From a virus: a DNA stretch of 64,000 nucleotides. Both the position numbers and the translations under genes were made by a program. Of this stretch, positions 50,594 to 59,373 are shown piece by piece; position 1 is the stretch's first letter, and each line of letters starts with the position of its first letter. The notes beneath the pieces were generated by a model. That model was not told the origin of the DNA. It did no database searches and worked only from the letters and a program-made list of their open reading frames with translations. The DNA is taken from IMG/VR virus record IMGVR_UViG_3300025645_000061, positions 4,429-68,428 of that record; one strand, 5' to 3'.

Positions 50594-52615
50594 ATGATCC
50601 CGAATCAAACAGGTGTTCAAGCAGTAGTATCCGGTAACATGGAAACTGCACAGGCTAAAATTAAAATGAGCAGTCATATGGTTGACCTTCTTTCTAGTCG
50701 TGTTTACACAGATAAGATTTCTGCTGTTATTCGTGAGTTATCCTGTAATGCTTGTGATGCACAGGTTGCAGCTAACGTAACTACACCCATTGAAGTTCAC
50801 TTACCCACTCGTTTTGAGCCTTACTTTGAGGTTAAAGATAACGGTACTGGTTTGTGCCATGAAGATGTTATGGATTTGTATGTAACATATGGTGCTTCTA
50901 CTAAGCAAGAATCTAATGATGCTGTAGGTTTCATGGGTATTGGTTCTAAGTCTCCATTCAGTTATGTAGATGCCTTCACAACAACATCTAACTTCAAGGG
51001 TGTTAAACGTGTGTACAGTGTGTATAAGAACAAGGGTATTCCAGAGGTAGTATTGCTTTCTACAGAAGACACTACTGAATCTAACGGTTTAGCAGTTAAA
51101 GTTTCTGTCAAAGAAGGAGATATCTATAACTTTGAAGTTAGTGCTAGGAAAATTTACTTCTTCTTTAACGTAGCACCTACTTGTAACTTTACTCTTGATT
51201 CTCTCAAAGATAAGATTGATGTAGACACTAGTGAGTTTTCTACATACCCTAATGATTACAGTTCAGAAATTAAAGCTGTTATGGGTCAAGTTGCATATGC
51301 AGTACCTGACAGTGACTCCCTTCGGAAACTGCAAACATTAGTTAAGAAGCGTAACCTTGTTATCAAGTTTAACATCGGTGAGGTACAACCCGCAGCCAGT
51401 AGAGAACATCTGTCTAATGATGAAAATACAAGCAAGAACCTTGAAGCTAAACTGGACAGAATATATACAGTTTATAAACAAGAGATTCTAGATAAATCTC
51501 AAGAGTTTGATACAGTACGAGAAGCTTATGCGTATCTTACAAACGCTCTTGGTTCAAACAAAGCTAACCTTGAGCTAAATTATGGTGGTAAAAGTTATGA
51601 AGATTGGAACAAAAGTATTGAAACTGCTATTGATTCTATCAATAATACTTTTACAGGTACAATGTACGAGAGGGATTCTGGTTGGGGAAGTAAATCTTGC
51701 AATATGAATACAGTTATTTATGCACCTAGCTTAATACTAGGAAGTCATACCAATAATATTTCCTTCTTAATTAAAGACCTTAAATCCGGTGGGGTTGGAG
51801 CTTACAAAAGTGCAATGCCGAAAGGTACTAGTGGGTTTGTTGTTGACAATCGGAAAGAAGCAGAAGATATTTGTAAGCAGTTGATTTTTAATGTTAATAG
51901 TGTTACCTTCTATAAAGCTTCTGAGATTCATAAACCAATTAAGTCAGTTAAAAGTAACCCTGTTATTAAAGTTATTAAGAAGCAGGAAGGTGGTAGAGCT
52001 TATACTTCTACGCTAGAGATTGACCTTAAGAGTATAAACAAAATAGCTGTGTATGTTTCTGCTAATAGAAACGGTTACAATGACCATAACGGGAATTACC
52101 ACAGTAACTTACATGATGTATTTTCCCTTGTTACTGCTGGTATATACTCTTCTATATTTGTTGTACCTAAATCAGTGTTGAAGAAAATCCACAATGTTAA
52201 CCTACGAGAGCTTTCACCAAAGCTTACTGAAAGCAAGGTAACTAAAGCAATGATCCGTAATAAAGCTTTAGGAAGGTTTAACACTTATAAGCTTGACAAA
52301 GAGTTGTATCGAGTGTTTAGCTCCTCAGAAGAAATTACACCACAATACAAAAGGGTTAATAGGGAAGCTAGTATTAGGTATGATAGAACTTTAGATGTAC
52401 AATGTGATAGAATTATGGAATTTGTTACTTTTCACTCTAAAACTCAGAAGTTGATTAACAGGGTTTGTGGGTATACTGGTAACTTAGCTTCTGTTAAGGA
52501 TAAACTTACTAACAAGTATAAGTTTTTGGAAAACTTTTCAACTACTGATACAGAATCTATAAAGTATGTTAAGTGTTTAGTTAAAGCACAAGATTCAGGT
52601 GAATTTAATACTTGA
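50594..52615 (+). CDS. rIIA: rIIA-like protein (GHKL ATPase)
   Basis: AVIRELSCNACDA, DNGTGL, YGASTK and GIGSKSPF motifs. Confidence 0.9.
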   Translation: MIPNQTGVQAVVSGNMETAQAKIKMSSHMVDLLSSRVYTDKISAVIRELSCNACDAQVAANVTTPIEVHLPTRFEPYFEVKDNGTGLCHEDVMDLYVTYGASTKQESNDAVGFMGIGSKSPFSYVDAFTTTSNFKGVKRVYSVYKNKGIPEVVLLSTEDTTESNGLAVKVSVKEGDIYNFEVSARKIYFFFNVAPTCNFTLDSLKDKIDVDTSEFSTYPNDYSSEIKAVMGQVAYAVPDSDSLRKLQTLVKKRNLVIKFNIGEVQPAASREHLSNDENTSKNLEAKLDRIYTVYKQEILDKSQEFDTVREAYAYLTNALGSNKANLELNYGGKSYEDWNKSIETAIDSINNTFTGTMYERDSGWGSKSCNMNTVIYAPSLILGSHTNNISFLIKDLKSGGVGAYKSAMPKGTSGFVVDNRKEAEDICKQLIFNVNSVTFYKASEIHKPIKSVKSNPVIKVIKKQEGGRAYTSTLEIDLKSINKIAVYVSANRNGYNDHNGNYHSNLHDVFSLVTAGIYSSIFVVPKSVLKKIHNVNLRELSPKLTESKVTKAMIRNKALGRFNTYKLDKELYRVFSSSEEITPQYKRVNREASIRYDRTLDVQCDRIMEFVTFHSKTQKLINRVCGYTGNLASVKDKLTNKYKFLENFSTTDTESIKYVKCLVKAQDSGEFNT

Positions 52616-52669
52616 CACAAGGTTTAACAACAAGTAATATAACTTTAAATTAATTGAGAGGATATAAAT

Positions 52670-54073
52670 ATGAGTACAAATAATGTTGGTTGTTTAAGTG
52701 AAGCCCAAAAAGAAGATATCTATGCTCTGTGGGAAGAGGGCGGTGTAACTAAAACACATCTAGCAGCTCAGTTTGATGTTTCTACACGAACCATTGGTAG
52801 GGTTATTGATTCTTTTGAAGAGGAAGAAGAATATTCGAACTCTGAAGAAGTCGAATCAGAGCTTTACGATCCACTTAAACTCAATTGTAAAGCACTTGGG
52901 TATAAGGTGGGTGACTTGTTTAAATACAAAGAGGGTATAGATGAATATGATATGACTTTTGAACCTGATTCTATTCTTTCATTATCTAGTGATGATGGTT
53001 CTATCCTCCCTTTGTTTGTAGAGGAGGGTTATCCTACGGAGATGGAACACTATGAGTACCTGAGCTTTGTAACCCCTTGTGAAGAAGTTCTTGAAGACAC
53101 AAATGAAACCTTTTGTGAAGATGCTGAATACCAGTTTGAGGAATATGTTGAAGTAACTAATTTAGGTCATGTGTACACTAATTACAATGCTCTCGCTGAT
53201 AAGCTTAATTTGAAAGGCTTTAAATCTGGTGAAAAACCAACAAAAGGGGGAGTTTATGTTGTACTCGCGGCAACTCCACACCCTGATACAGGGTTAATTG
53301 TATACGTTATTGAGTCCTTGTCAGGAGAACAGTATATGATTTCGGGGAATGGTTTATCTTCTCATAAAGGAACAGAAGGGAAATATACTTTAATCCCCGG
53401 CAGTATTATCGTAATTCAGTATAAAGGTGAGGTATACACTGTAGATGCTTCTCATGGTTCCTTTGATGCAATCGTAAACTATTGTAGTCAAGGTTGGTAT
53501 GATTCTGCTGTAAACTTAGCTCAACCTATCAAGGCTATCACAGAGTTCACCAAAGGCGATGTAACAGTCTCTAACGGTCATGTGATGTATATGGGTGATG
53601 AAGTTAATGATGGACTAGCTCTGGCTATCTTACGTCTTATGGAAGAAGGTGACGAAGGATTTAAGAAGCTTGTAGCTTTCTTGGGTAAAGTTAAAAAGAA
53701 CCCTTCTTATAAGTCTCGTATGGAATTGTTTGGGTTTATTAAGGCTGCTGACATTGAGATTACCGACTCTGGTGACTTGATTTGTTGGAAAGGTATTAAG
53801 GATGATTGGACAGACTGTTATTCAGGTTCTATTGATAACTCAATTGGTGCTATCGTTACAATGGAACGTACAGACGTTAACGATGACTCTAACCAAACCT
53901 GTAGTGCTGGGCTACACTGTTGTGCTAAGAGCTACTTAGATTCCTTCTATGGATCACGAGTGGTCAAGGTGTTGGTTAACCCTGAAGACGTTGTATCAAT
54001 TCCCACAGACTACAATGATGCTAAGATGCGAACCTGTAAGTATGTAGTTATTGAGGAAGTTACAGAGCTTTAA
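52670..54073 (+). CDS. rIIB: rIIB-like protein with N-terminal HTH and insertions
   Basis: NPS, TCSAGLH and VVSIPTDYNDAKMRTCKY motifs. Confidence 0.9.
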   Translation: MSTNNVGCLSEAQKEDIYALWEEGGVTKTHLAAQFDVSTRTIGRVIDSFEEEEEYSNSEEVESELYDPLKLNCKALGYKVGDLFKYKEGIDEYDMTFEPDSILSLSSDDGSILPLFVEEGYPTEMEHYEYLSFVTPCEEVLEDTNETFCEDAEYQFEEYVEVTNLGHVYTNYNALADKLNLKGFKSGEKPTKGGVYVVLAATPHPDTGLIVYVIESLSGEQYMISGNGLSSHKGTEGKYTLIPGSIIVIQYKGEVYTVDASHGSFDAIVNYCSQGWYDSAVNLAQPIKAITEFTKGDVTVSNGHVMYMGDEVNDGLALAILRLMEEGDEGFKKLVAFLGKVKKNPSYKSRMELFGFIKAADIEITDSGDLICWKGIKDDWTDCYSGSIDNSIGAIVTMERTDVNDDSNQTCSAGLHCCAKSYLDSFYGSRVVKVLVNPEDVVSIPTDYNDAKMRTCKYVVIEEVTEL

Positions 54074-54152
54074 ATAATATGAGAAAACGGGTTGACATAG
54101 GGCAGGGAAGCCCCTATCATTGCCTTATTGAAATCAAACGAGAGGAATTAAT

Positions 54153-54446
54153 ATGTTAGATAAAGCTGTTGTACTAGAGAGAGCAATCCGTTGGAGAGCA
54201 ATAGCAATGGTAGCCGTCCTCAACAAAGAGAGTGGAGCTGGAGATACAGCCTTCGCAAATGGAAGTGCTTATATTGATGTTCTTAACGTACCTTGGAATA
54301 AACAAGAGGGAGTCTTGACAAGAGAAAGTATTCAACTGTATGCTGATGGGCTAGCAACTAAGTTTATACTTGAAAGTGGAAATAACTTGATGCAATTTCT
54401 AGATGATAATGTTAAACTTGAAGTCCTAGAGATTGTTACACAATAA
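54153..54446 (+). CDS. Hypothetical protein
   Basis: GAGGA RBS; upstream TTGACA-17-TATCAT promoter at 54092. Confidence 0.6.
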   Translation: MLDKAVVLERAIRWRAIAMVAVLNKESGAGDTAFANGSAYIDVLNVPWNKQEGVLTRESIQLYADGLATKFILESGNNLMQFLDDNVKLEVLEIVTQ

Positions 54447-54522
54447 ATAACAAGGATACGCTGTGTTGAAATCTGGATAAGCTGTAGTCCAGAGCGTGAG
54501 AGCACATACAGTGCCTAATTAA

Positions 54523-54600
54523 GGGCTGGAAGCTTAACAGGTTATAAGCAGTCCCCTCATAAGGGAAAGATAGGGAGTTCAAGTCTCTCACGGCCCACCA
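54523..54600 (+). tRNA. tRNA(CAU), Ile2- or Met-type
   Basis: Acceptor GGGCTG/CGGCCC, loop CT-CAT-AA, T-loop GTTCAAGT, encoded CCA. Confidence 0.85.
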
Positions 54601-54619
54601 AATTTAAGGAGAAAGATTG

Positions 54620-55039
54620 ATGACTAGAATTAATTTAATTGATCCAGAAGAACTTCACGACCAGCATCTTGTAGCGGAATATCGTGAGTTATTCATGGTG
54701 GGTTCTTCTTTACAAAGATCGCTTAAATCACCAAATTGGAACTTGGCAAAAATTCCAAAATCCTTCACGCTCAATAAAGGTCACGTTTCTTTCTTTTACG
54801 ACAAAGGTCGATATCTGTCTAAGAGGTATAAACTCTTGATTAAGGAGATGAAAAATAGAGGCATGAATCCCGATCCAGATAGAGTATTTAAACGTGAACA
54901 ATGGCCCGATGAATTTTATCTAGATTGGGTTGCGTCCGACCACGATAAAGATATCATTCGTGAGAGGATACAAGAGAAAATTGATATGAAACCTAACTGG
55001 TATAAAAAAACGGTGGTTACGAGTATGGCTACAATTTAA
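54620..55039 (+). CDS. denV: Pyrimidine dimer DNA glycosylase (T4 endonuclease V)
   Basis: MTRINL, DQHLVAEYREL and GHVSFFYDK motifs. Confidence 0.93.
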   Translation: MTRINLIDPEELHDQHLVAEYRELFMVGSSLQRSLKSPNWNLAKIPKSFTLNKGHVSFFYDKGRYLSKRYKLLIKEMKNRGMNPDPDRVFKREQWPDEFYLDWVASDHDKDIIRERIQEKIDMKPNWYKKTVVTSMATI

Positions 55040-55053
55040 TGGAGTACCTTGTA

Positions 55054-55950
55054 ATGGACAGTAAGATAGCTTTTGTATTTCCCGGTCAAGGTTCACAGAA
55101 GATAGGGATGCTATCAGCGTTAGCAGAGAAGTTTGATATAGTAACTTCTACCTTTGCAGATGCGTCAGATGTTTTAGGGTATGACCTTTGGGATTTAGCT
55201 CAAAACGGTACTCAAGAAGACATTACTAAGACTGAGTATACTCAACCCTTACTACTTACAGTTAGCGTAGTAATGTGGAGAGTTTGGATTCAAGAGGGAG
55301 GTACAAAACCCGCTTTCATGTTAGGTCATAGTATGGGAGAATGGTCTGCTCTAGTTTGTGCCGGTGTGGTTGAATTTAAGGATGCTGTTCGTCTAGTGCG
55401 TAATCGTGGTGCTTATATGCAGGAAATTGGGGAAGGTGCTATGGCTGCTGTTATTGGTTTAGACAGTGATACAGTTAAGTCTATTTGTGCTGATGCTTGC
55501 CAAGGTGAAGAAGTTACTGCTGTAAATTTTAATTCTCCCGGTCAGGTAGTTATTGCAGGAAAATATTTAGCTGTAGAAAGGGCTATTAAGGGTTGTAAAG
55601 AAGCTGGAGCTAAACGTATTTTTCATTTACCCGTAAGTGCTCCATTTCATACAAACCTTATGCAACCAGTAGCAGATAGATTAACAGTGGACATTATGAG
55701 TACAAAGTTTTATAATCCAGAAATACCAGTTGTACACAATGTCAACGCCCAAACTGAGGATGACCCTGAACGCATCAAACAGTTGATGATAGAACAAATA
55801 TGTAGTCCTGTTCTTTGGGTTGACTGTGTGAAGACATTAACTTATAATGGTGTTACCTCCATAGTTGAATGTGGTGCTGGAAGGGTACTTAGTAGGCTTT
55901 GTAAACGTATTGATAGTACGTTAGAGATATACCAAATTAAGGGAGTATAG
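55054..55950 (+). CDS. fabD: Malonyl-CoA:ACP transacylase
   Basis: FVFPGQGSQ, TQP, GHSMGE, NFNSPGQVVIAG, VSAPFH and VECGAG motifs. Confidence 0.95.
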   Translation: MDSKIAFVFPGQGSQKIGMLSALAEKFDIVTSTFADASDVLGYDLWDLAQNGTQEDITKTEYTQPLLLTVSVVMWRVWIQEGGTKPAFMLGHSMGEWSALVCAGVVEFKDAVRLVRNRGAYMQEIGEGAMAAVIGLDSDTVKSICADACQGEEVTAVNFNSPGQVVIAGKYLAVERAIKGCKEAGAKRIFHLPVSAPFHTNLMQPVADRLTVDIMSTKFYNPEIPVVHNVNAQTEDDPERIKQLMIEQICSPVLWVDCVKTLTYNGVTSIVECGAGRVLSRLCKRIDSTLEIYQIKGV

Positions 55951-56016
55951 TGTAAGGGATTAACACAGGGGTCTTCTAAACCCTTAATCTAGGTTCGAAT
56001 CCTAGTATTCCCGCCA
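55941..56016 (+). tRNA. tRNA-Arg(UCU)
   Basis: Acceptor GGGAGTA/TATTCCC, loop CT-TCT-AA, T-loop GTTCGAAT, encoded CCA. Confidence 0.9.
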
Positions 56017-56089
56017 AACAAATAAAGCTTGACATAAACATTTAACTTAGTTAATATACTCAAACGTTAAACAAATAGAGGTATTAAGA

Positions 56090-56632
56090 ATGTACGGAAA
56101 TGATTACAACAGTAACTTCGGAACATTTTTCATCATATCCATTATTATCTTGATGATATTAAGTGGGTTAAGTTATAGGGCAGAAGCGTATTGTAAGCCT
56201 GTAGAGGCTCTTAGTGATAAACAGGTACAAACACTCTACCAATCCTATAACTACGGTGTAAGGTATGATATGGGGCTTACACTGGCAGCTATAGCTTGGA
56301 AGGAGTCTAACGCTGGTCTTTACCCTATTAATATTAGTGATCCCTCTTTTGGAGTACACCATATCCTTTTGACAACAGCCATGAAACGTTCTAATACAAA
56401 AGACACCAGTTATCACAAGAATATGTTAGCTTCAAGTTTATTAGCTCATGATGTTAGTGCTTCTTATGCCATTAAAGAAATTAAATATTGGTTTAAATAT
56501 CATAAAGGTGATTGGTTTAAGGTTTGGTCTTCATATAATGCTGGATTTAATATAAAAGCTGGTGTAAAGTATGCTGAGAGTATACAAAAGAAAGTTAATC
56601 TTATTAAAAGATGTCTAATAGCAGGAGGTTAA
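56090..56632 (+). CDS. Lytic transglycosylase (SLT fold) with N-terminal signal/anchor helix
   Basis: AIAWKES, SFGVHHI and SSYNAG motifs; own promoter TTGACA-17-TAATAT at 56029. Confidence 0.8.
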   Translation: MYGNDYNSNFGTFFIISIIILMILSGLSYRAEAYCKPVEALSDKQVQTLYQSYNYGVRYDMGLTLAAIAWKESNAGLYPINISDPSFGVHHILLTTAMKRSNTKDTSYHKNMLASSLLAHDVSASYAIKEIKYWFKYHKGDWFKVWSSYNAGFNIKAGVKYAESIQKKVNLIKRCLIAGG

Positions 56633-56930
56633 TCATGAAGTTCATTATAAGGTTTATTGATTATATAAGAATTAAGTGGACAATCAGAAAAATTAGAGCT
56701 AAGTTGGTAACTATATCTAAAGCTAATAGGGAGACCTCTGAAGATGATGCAGTTCAACGATGACATAGAAGCAGAAGAACACCTTATATCTTGTGGGTTT
56801 ACTAAGAAACAAGATAAGAAAGAAAATAAAAAGAAAAGATTGTTATTCAAAGATAACATGGGTAATATTATGGAAATCAGAAAGGGACAAGTGTTTTTTG
56901 ATATTAAACTTTAAAACTAGGAGCACCATT

Positions 56931-57080
56931 ATGAAAGTTGTAGACTTTAAGACACAGAAACAAACAACATTTGCAACTAGGCACAAAGAACATATTAGTC
57001 GGAAGACTAAGAAAGCTGCTAAAGAGCTTCGTACTTACCGTAAGAATAGGCACGAGTGGTGGAATCTCTATATAGACTAG
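56931..57080 (+). CDS. Small basic protein, paralog of 60787..60918
   Basis: AGGAG RBS; KKAAKELRTYRKNRHEWWNLYID. Confidence 0.6.
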   Translation: MKVVDFKTQKQTTFATRHKEHISRKTKKAAKELRTYRKNRHEWWNLYID

Positions 57081-57093
57081 CGGGGGGTATTAT

Positions 57094-57387
57094 ATGTACT
57101 ACAAAGAAGCAACAATAGTAATTGATGAATTTGATGGAGTAGACCTAAAGGTTTTCCAAGAGTATCCTATGGGGTCTGGTAATGTGTCCTTATACATTGA
57201 TGGGGGAAAGTATACAAGTGGTTATGAGAACGTTCTACGAGGTCTAGAGCACTGTTACCTAATATACTTGATGATGAATGGAACACAGATGCCTATACCA
57301 GCTAAAGCTTTCCTTGATAAACACATTAAGGATGCACTAGATTCATCAGATATTAATTATCTTAAAAATAAAGCTTGCATTAAATAA
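57094..57387 (+). CDS. Hypothetical protein
   Basis: ORF track. Confidence 0.55.
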   Translation: MYYKEATIVIDEFDGVDLKVFQEYPMGSGNVSLYIDGGKYTSGYENVLRGLEHCYLIYLMMNGTQMPIPAKAFLDKHIKDALDSSDINYLKNKACIK

Positions 57388-57466
57388 CCAAAGGTCTATA
57401 CTGTGTATACAAACTTAAAGAGAGAAGGGAATTGTTTCGGTTCCCTTAACAATAGAGGAAGATATT

Positions 57467-57811
57467 ATGAGTAACCAAGATAAAGTATCAGTAAAACGTA
57501 ACTTAATCAAAGACTTAGTAGAAAGCACTAAGGGTCGTACTTTCCAAGTAACACACTTTCGTAAGACTCCAAAGCTTAATAAGGCTACTGGTGAGATGGA
57601 AACTATGTCTACTATGGACTGTCGTACAGGCGTTACAAAGCACCTTAAAGGTGGCGAGAGCACCATCAAGCATGTAGAAGACCTTATCGGTGTTTGTAAG
57701 ATGGAGCGTAATGCTCTTGGTCGATTTGAAGAAGGCCAGTACCGCTCATTTAGTGCTGATCTTGTTACAGAGGTTAAGTTCCAAGGTGTTACTTACAATT
57801 TTTCAGAGTAA
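57467..57811 (+). CDS. Hypothetical SH3/Sm-like beta-barrel protein
   Basis: GVTKHLKGG...YRSF pattern; GAGGA RBS. Confidence 0.6.
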   Translation: MSNQDKVSVKRNLIKDLVESTKGRTFQVTHFRKTPKLNKATGEMETMSTMDCRTGVTKHLKGGESTIKHVEDLIGVCKMERNALGRFEEGQYRSFSADLVTEVKFQGVTYNFSE

Positions 57812-57816
57812 ACATA

Positions 57817-57990
57817 ATGGAATCTACTATATTGTCTAAAGAGCAAATGTATGCTCTGAGAATTGGAGGGTTAGTGTTTGTGAATTCCCTTGAAGAATCT
57901 AAAGAGGTTGAAAGGTTAACCTCTATCGGGGGAACTCGCAGAACTGCACAAATGACTAATGATGAATTTAATCGCTTGGAGAGGAAATAA
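57817..57990 (+). CDS. Small hypothetical protein (57 aa)
   Basis: Read by eye (MESTILSKEQ...); fills the gap exactly. Confidence 0.5.
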   Translation: MESTILSKEQMYALRIGGLVFVNSLEESKEVERLTSIGGTRRTAQMTNDEFNRLERK

Positions 57991-57992
57991 AC

Positions 57993-58208
57993 ATGGCTAC
58001 AGTATGCCCTATAAAGAAAGAAGATGGCTCTGCAAACCTAGATTACACTGTAACAGATGATTACTTGTTATCAGAGCACAGTTATGGAGCTAATTATAAA
58101 AACACTTGTATTGTAAAGTGTGCTAGGCTTGAGGACGCTGTTAATTTTCTAAAAGTGTTGTATACTCAACACGAGAATGTTATTACTTTAAACATTAAAG
58201 AGGGGTAA
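57993..58208 (+). CDS. Hypothetical protein
   Basis: GAGGA RBS. Confidence 0.55.
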   Translation: MATVCPIKKEDGSANLDYTVTDDYLLSEHSYGANYKNTCIVKCARLEDAVNFLKVLYTQHENVITLNIKEG

Positions 58209-58212
58209 TATT

Positions 58213-58419
58213 ATGGAGACAACTATATATTGGGCACAACAGCTTATAAGCCTTCAGGAGGACTTTAAACATAAGAATTATGATACCTCTTTGGGGTTTG
58301 CTGAGGTCTGTTGTAGGGCAGCTCTAGGGGCTGCTAAAGGTGGTCATGAAAGTATATCTGAAGAAATATTAGACCTTAGGGATTTAGCTTTGAAAGAACA
58401 CCAAGTAAGGAGTATATAG
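58213..58419 (+). CDS. Hypothetical protein
   Basis: GAGGGG RBS. Confidence 0.55.
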   Translation: METTIYWAQQLISLQEDFKHKNYDTSLGFAEVCCRAALGAAKGGHESISEEILDLRDLALKEHQVRSI

Positions 58420-58577
58420 TTATGATTATAGAATGTCATTGGTGCGAAAGACCTATTCTTCCTACGGTGGAGGCTTGATTAGTAAAGGGACAATTACAGC
58501 GTTAAAACGTTTGCAACCCTAAAGGAATGGAAAAGCTTGTTATAGGTATGTGTGGCATCTTGAGGAAATTTGATATG

Positions 58578-58787
58578 GGACTAAAACGAATTTTAGTTTA
58601 GGACTAAAACGAATTTTAGTTTAGGACTAAAACGAATTTTAGTTTAGGACTAAAACGAATTTTAGTTTAGGACCAAATCGAATTTTAGTTTAGGACCAAA
58701 TCGAATTTTAGTTTAGGACCAAATCGAATTTTAGTTTAGGACCAAATCGAATTTTAGTTTAGGACCAAATCGAATTTTAGTTTAGGA
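58578..58787. repeat. Tandem 23-bp array II (9 units), same family as array I
   Basis: GGACTAAAACGAATTTTAGTTTA x4 then GGACCAAATCGAATTTTAGTTTA x5. Confidence 0.97.
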
Positions 58788-58817
58788 GGGCTTACCCTGA
58801 CAAACTTAAAAACTGTA

Positions 58818-58834
58818 TGCACCAAAACAGTGCG
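58818..58834. promoter_or_regulatory. NtrC-type enhancer box
   Basis: TGCACCAAAACAGTGCG vs consensus TGCACY-N5-GGTGCA. Confidence 0.5.
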
Positions 58835-58836
58835 TA

Positions 58837-58855
58837 GCTAATGATAATGATTATC
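58837..58855. promoter_or_regulatory. Fur box
   Basis: GCTAATGATAATGATTATC, 17/19 match to GATAATGATAATCATTATC. Confidence 0.7.
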
Positions 58856-58861
58856 ACTCGC

Positions 58862-58897
58862 TGTGGATAACTTGTGGCAAGGATAACCTGTGGATAA
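58862..58897 (-). promoter_or_regulatory. Two perfect DnaA boxes plus degenerate copies between them
   Basis: TGTGGATAA (= TTATCCACA) at 58862-58870 and 58889-58897. Confidence 0.75.
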
Positions 58898-58938
58898 CTC
58901 ATTTGTCAAGTGTATAGAAAAATAAAGTTATACCCTTG

Positions 58939-58957
58939 AATGATAATCAATCGCATT
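58939..58957. promoter_or_regulatory. Second Fur-like box
   Basis: AATGATAATCAATCGCATT, 16/19 match to AATGATAATCATTATCATT. Confidence 0.45.
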
Positions 58958-59205
58958 ACCCAAAAGTCGCCCGCTCTCCCTCCGGGGTCGTTCGATAACT
59001 TATTATAACTTATTAAAAAACAAAAAACAACCCTTTATTTCATTTATTTTTATTTTATTTCAATAATACACTAAAAAACCCTGTAAGGCCCAGAATCCCT
59101 TTCTAAGCTATTTAAGCCTTAAGTGATACAATCGCATTACCCATACCCGTGGAATGGCTTAGATCGCATTCTATGAGGTCAAATATACCGAATATTTGTT
59201 AAAGC

Positions 59206-59222
59206 TTGGCATGATAAGTGCA
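59206..59222 (+). promoter_or_regulatory. sigma54 -24/-12 element
   Basis: TTGGCATGATAAGTGCA (GG-N10-GC). Confidence 0.6.
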
Positions 59223-59373
59223 TATGGTCAAGAGTGGGTCGTTAATCCATTATATCAAAAAATTAAACAAAAAACAACCCATAAATAAAAATAAATTAAA
59301 TTATATAAAAGCTTGACGTTTTCTATAGAGTTGATATAATGACTACACACACAAACAAAAGAGAGCGTTTAAA

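Noticed and set aside
54523-56016. Prophage att site or host chromosomal flank at the tRNAs
   Set aside because: No integrase is present; phage genes continue on both sides, and fabD follows phage codon habits.
58420-58577. Possible decayed gene (MIIECHWCERP...) before array II
   Set aside because: It stops after 18 codons; too little evidence to call.
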